DNA of 64,000 bases from a bacterium (GTDB lineage Bacteria; UBA8248). Both the position numbers and the translations under genes were made by a program. Under the pieces are notes generated by a model. The model did no database searches. It was not told where the DNA came from and saw only the letters and a list, made by a program, of their open reading frames with translations. The stretch is from positions 1,120,001 through 1,184,000 of the forward strand of contig CBDBEV010000001.1 of the NCBI GenBank assembly GCA_965204535.1. The letters run 5' to 3'. This document shows positions 62,457-64,000 of the stretch, one piece after another (within the stretch, counting starts at the first letter, position 1; every line of letters begins with the position of its first letter).

Positions 62457-62906
62457 TCATTTCTTCTTCACGTTGCCGAAAATAAAGTCGCCGATGAGTT
62501 TCTCGATGTCAACCGGGGGTTCCGTCTCGCGAATCCGTCCGCCGGGGGAGATGATTTTTTCCGACCCTCCCTGGCTTAAGCTCACGTATTTGTCACCCAG
62601 GACGCCTTTCGTGCGAATGGAGGCGATGGAATCACGCGAGAGTTTGATGCTCTCATTGATGCGGAGCGTGATTCTCGCATCCTCCCCGTCGAGGGAGATT
62701 CCGCTCACCCGCCCGACGCGTACGCCCGCCATTTCGACCGAAGCGCCACTTCTCAAACCCGTGGCGGACGTGAAATTCGCCGAGACCTCATAGGTGCCGT
62801 CATCGAAAATATCCAGGCCGCCGAGGTTGATTGAAAGATAGGCGAGCGCGAGGATTCCCGCCAGAACGAATATGCCGACGCCGAATTCCACGTTTTTCCG
62901 GTACAA
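62457..62906 (-). CDS. mlaD: MCE-domain protein MlaD
   Basis: EFGVGIFV, GLRSGASVEMAGVRVG.V, IRTKGVLGDKYV. Confidence 0.9.
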   Translation of the reverse strand: MYRKNVEFGVGIFVLAGILALAYLSINLGGLDIFDDGTYEVSANFTSATGLRSGASVEMAGVRVGRVSGISLDGEDARITLRINESIKLSRDSIASIRTKGVLGDKYVSLSQGGSEKIISPGGRIRETEPPVDIEKLIGDFIFGNVKKK

Positions 62907-62920
62907 GGCTCGTTCCTTCT

Positions 62921-63709
62921 TCAAATGAGAATCGAGGTGAGGAAATAATCGCCCACCAGTATCAGGACGGAAGAGAGCACCACGGCCGAGGTGGTCGCCT
63001 TGCCCACTCCCTCGGCCCCGTGACCGCAATGATACCCTTTATAGCAGCAGACCCATGTGACGATCAGGCCGAAGACGATCGATTTCCATAAGCCTACGTT
63101 GATGTCGGCCATCTCGATCTTGTCCTGCATTTCTCCGAAAAAGGTGCCCGAACTCAAGCCCATCAACTCCACGCCCACGAGATAGGCCCCGAATATGCCG
63201 ATGAGGTCGCAAAGCGCCGTCAGCAGGGGGAATACTATCACGCCCGCGAGCAGTCGGGGAGAAACGAGGCGCTGCAGGGGGTTTACGGCCATGCTCTTAA
63301 GAGCGTCCACTTGTTCTGTGATCTGCATGATGCCGATTTCGGCCGTCATGGCCGATCCCGCCCTGCCAGTGACGACGAGAGCTGTGAGCACGGGTCCGAG
63401 TTCACGGATGAGGCTGAAGGCGACGGCGGGACCCAGGAAAGCTTCGGAGCCGAATTTCCTGAAAGCGTAAATGCCCTGCAGCGCCAGCACCATTCCTGTG
63501 AACAAGCCGCTCAGCAGGACGATGGAGAGCGAACCCGTGCCGACGATGTATATCTGGCGTATCAAGAGCGAGGGTCGCCAGGGAGGTGCGAAAATCCAAC
63601 GCACGGATTCGAGCAGGAAGACCGCGGCGCTTCCCATGCCGGCGATGATCTCCATCGCGCGCCGGCCAAGTGTCCGGATGCCTTGTGTCACCATTGCCGG
63701 GGAACTCAT
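62921..63709 (-). CDS. mlaE: ABC transporter permease MlaE
   Basis: FTGMVLALQ, IRELGPVLTAL...GRAGSA.TAEIG.M.ITEQVDAL, GVGKATT. Confidence 0.95.
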   Translation of the reverse strand: MSSPAMVTQGIRTLGRRAMEIIAGMGSAAVFLLESVRWIFAPPWRPSLLIRQIYIVGTGSLSIVLLSGLFTGMVLALQGIYAFRKFGSEAFLGPAVAFSLIRELGPVLTALVVTGRAGSAMTAEIGIMQITEQVDALKSMAVNPLQRLVSPRLLAGVIVFPLLTALCDLIGIFGAYLVGVELMGLSSGTFFGEMQDKIEMADINVGLWKSIVFGLIVTWVCCYKGYHCGHGAEGVGKATTSAVVLSSVLILVGDYFLTSILI

Positions 63710-64000
63710 GGGGCTTGCCTTCTATTCCTCATCATGAGCGAGTATAGTGTCGTCATCGGTTGCGGGGCGGTTTCCACGAGCGATCTCGCGATTCGCAGGG
63801 CGGCGGAAGCAGGTTCCTAGTGTATCGTTCCTGAAGGATGGAGATCAACGCCGGCACTGGCGCCCACATTCTTCTAAGGGTTTGTTTTTTATATGAAAAA
63901 TACAGCACTCGGGCCCCTTTCCAGATATATCGAATACGGTGTGCGCAACCATGCGGCGGATTTTGTGCAGATCACCCGCCTTTTCGTCGCAATTTACGTG

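Noticed and set aside
61678-63709. mla operon lacking mlaF as a novel system
   Set aside because: The ATPase gene can be encoded elsewhere; cannot be judged at the window edge

Overview
GC-rich bacterial chromosome segment; the gene complement and REP/IS load suggest an uncultured Nitrospinota/Tectomicrobia-like or deltaproteobacteria-like organism (inference only). The left ~36 kb is accessory. It holds an NHLM/NHLP (proteusin-type) RiPP export trio whose upstream biosynthetic part is eroded (flavin-halogenase remnant, IS3 and IS1182 stubs), ychF, and an intact IS1182 nested inside MITE/REP elements. It also holds a 7-gene amino-sugar operon (TIM epimerase, AmgK-like kinase, 2 GNATs, MshA-like GT4, PIG-L deacetylase, NagZ) and several defence/TA-like cassettes (HEPN, HigA+SEC-C, Panacea pair, EVE-PD-(D/E)XK nuclease, DUF5678-like+retropepsin). 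Also present are an LLM/flavin reductase pair, ftsH, a MetE-like protein, and mazG-folE2. A split ORF pair at 24967-25617 is really one deiodinase-like selenoprotein (in-frame UGA plus SECIS-like hairpin). The right ~28 kb is housekeeping: metH, tRNA-Leu, tig-clpP-clpX, tRNA-Val, thrS-infC-rpmI-rplT-pheST, zapB/zapA-6S RNA-ygfA-rny-ymdB, a methylmalonyl-CoA mutase subunit, alaS, an MFS and mlaEDC. The most striking unexplained structure is a family of IS1182-ended miniature elements that carry different REP-palindrome cargoes, insert into hairpin loops (including each other's), and appear to have an invertible core.
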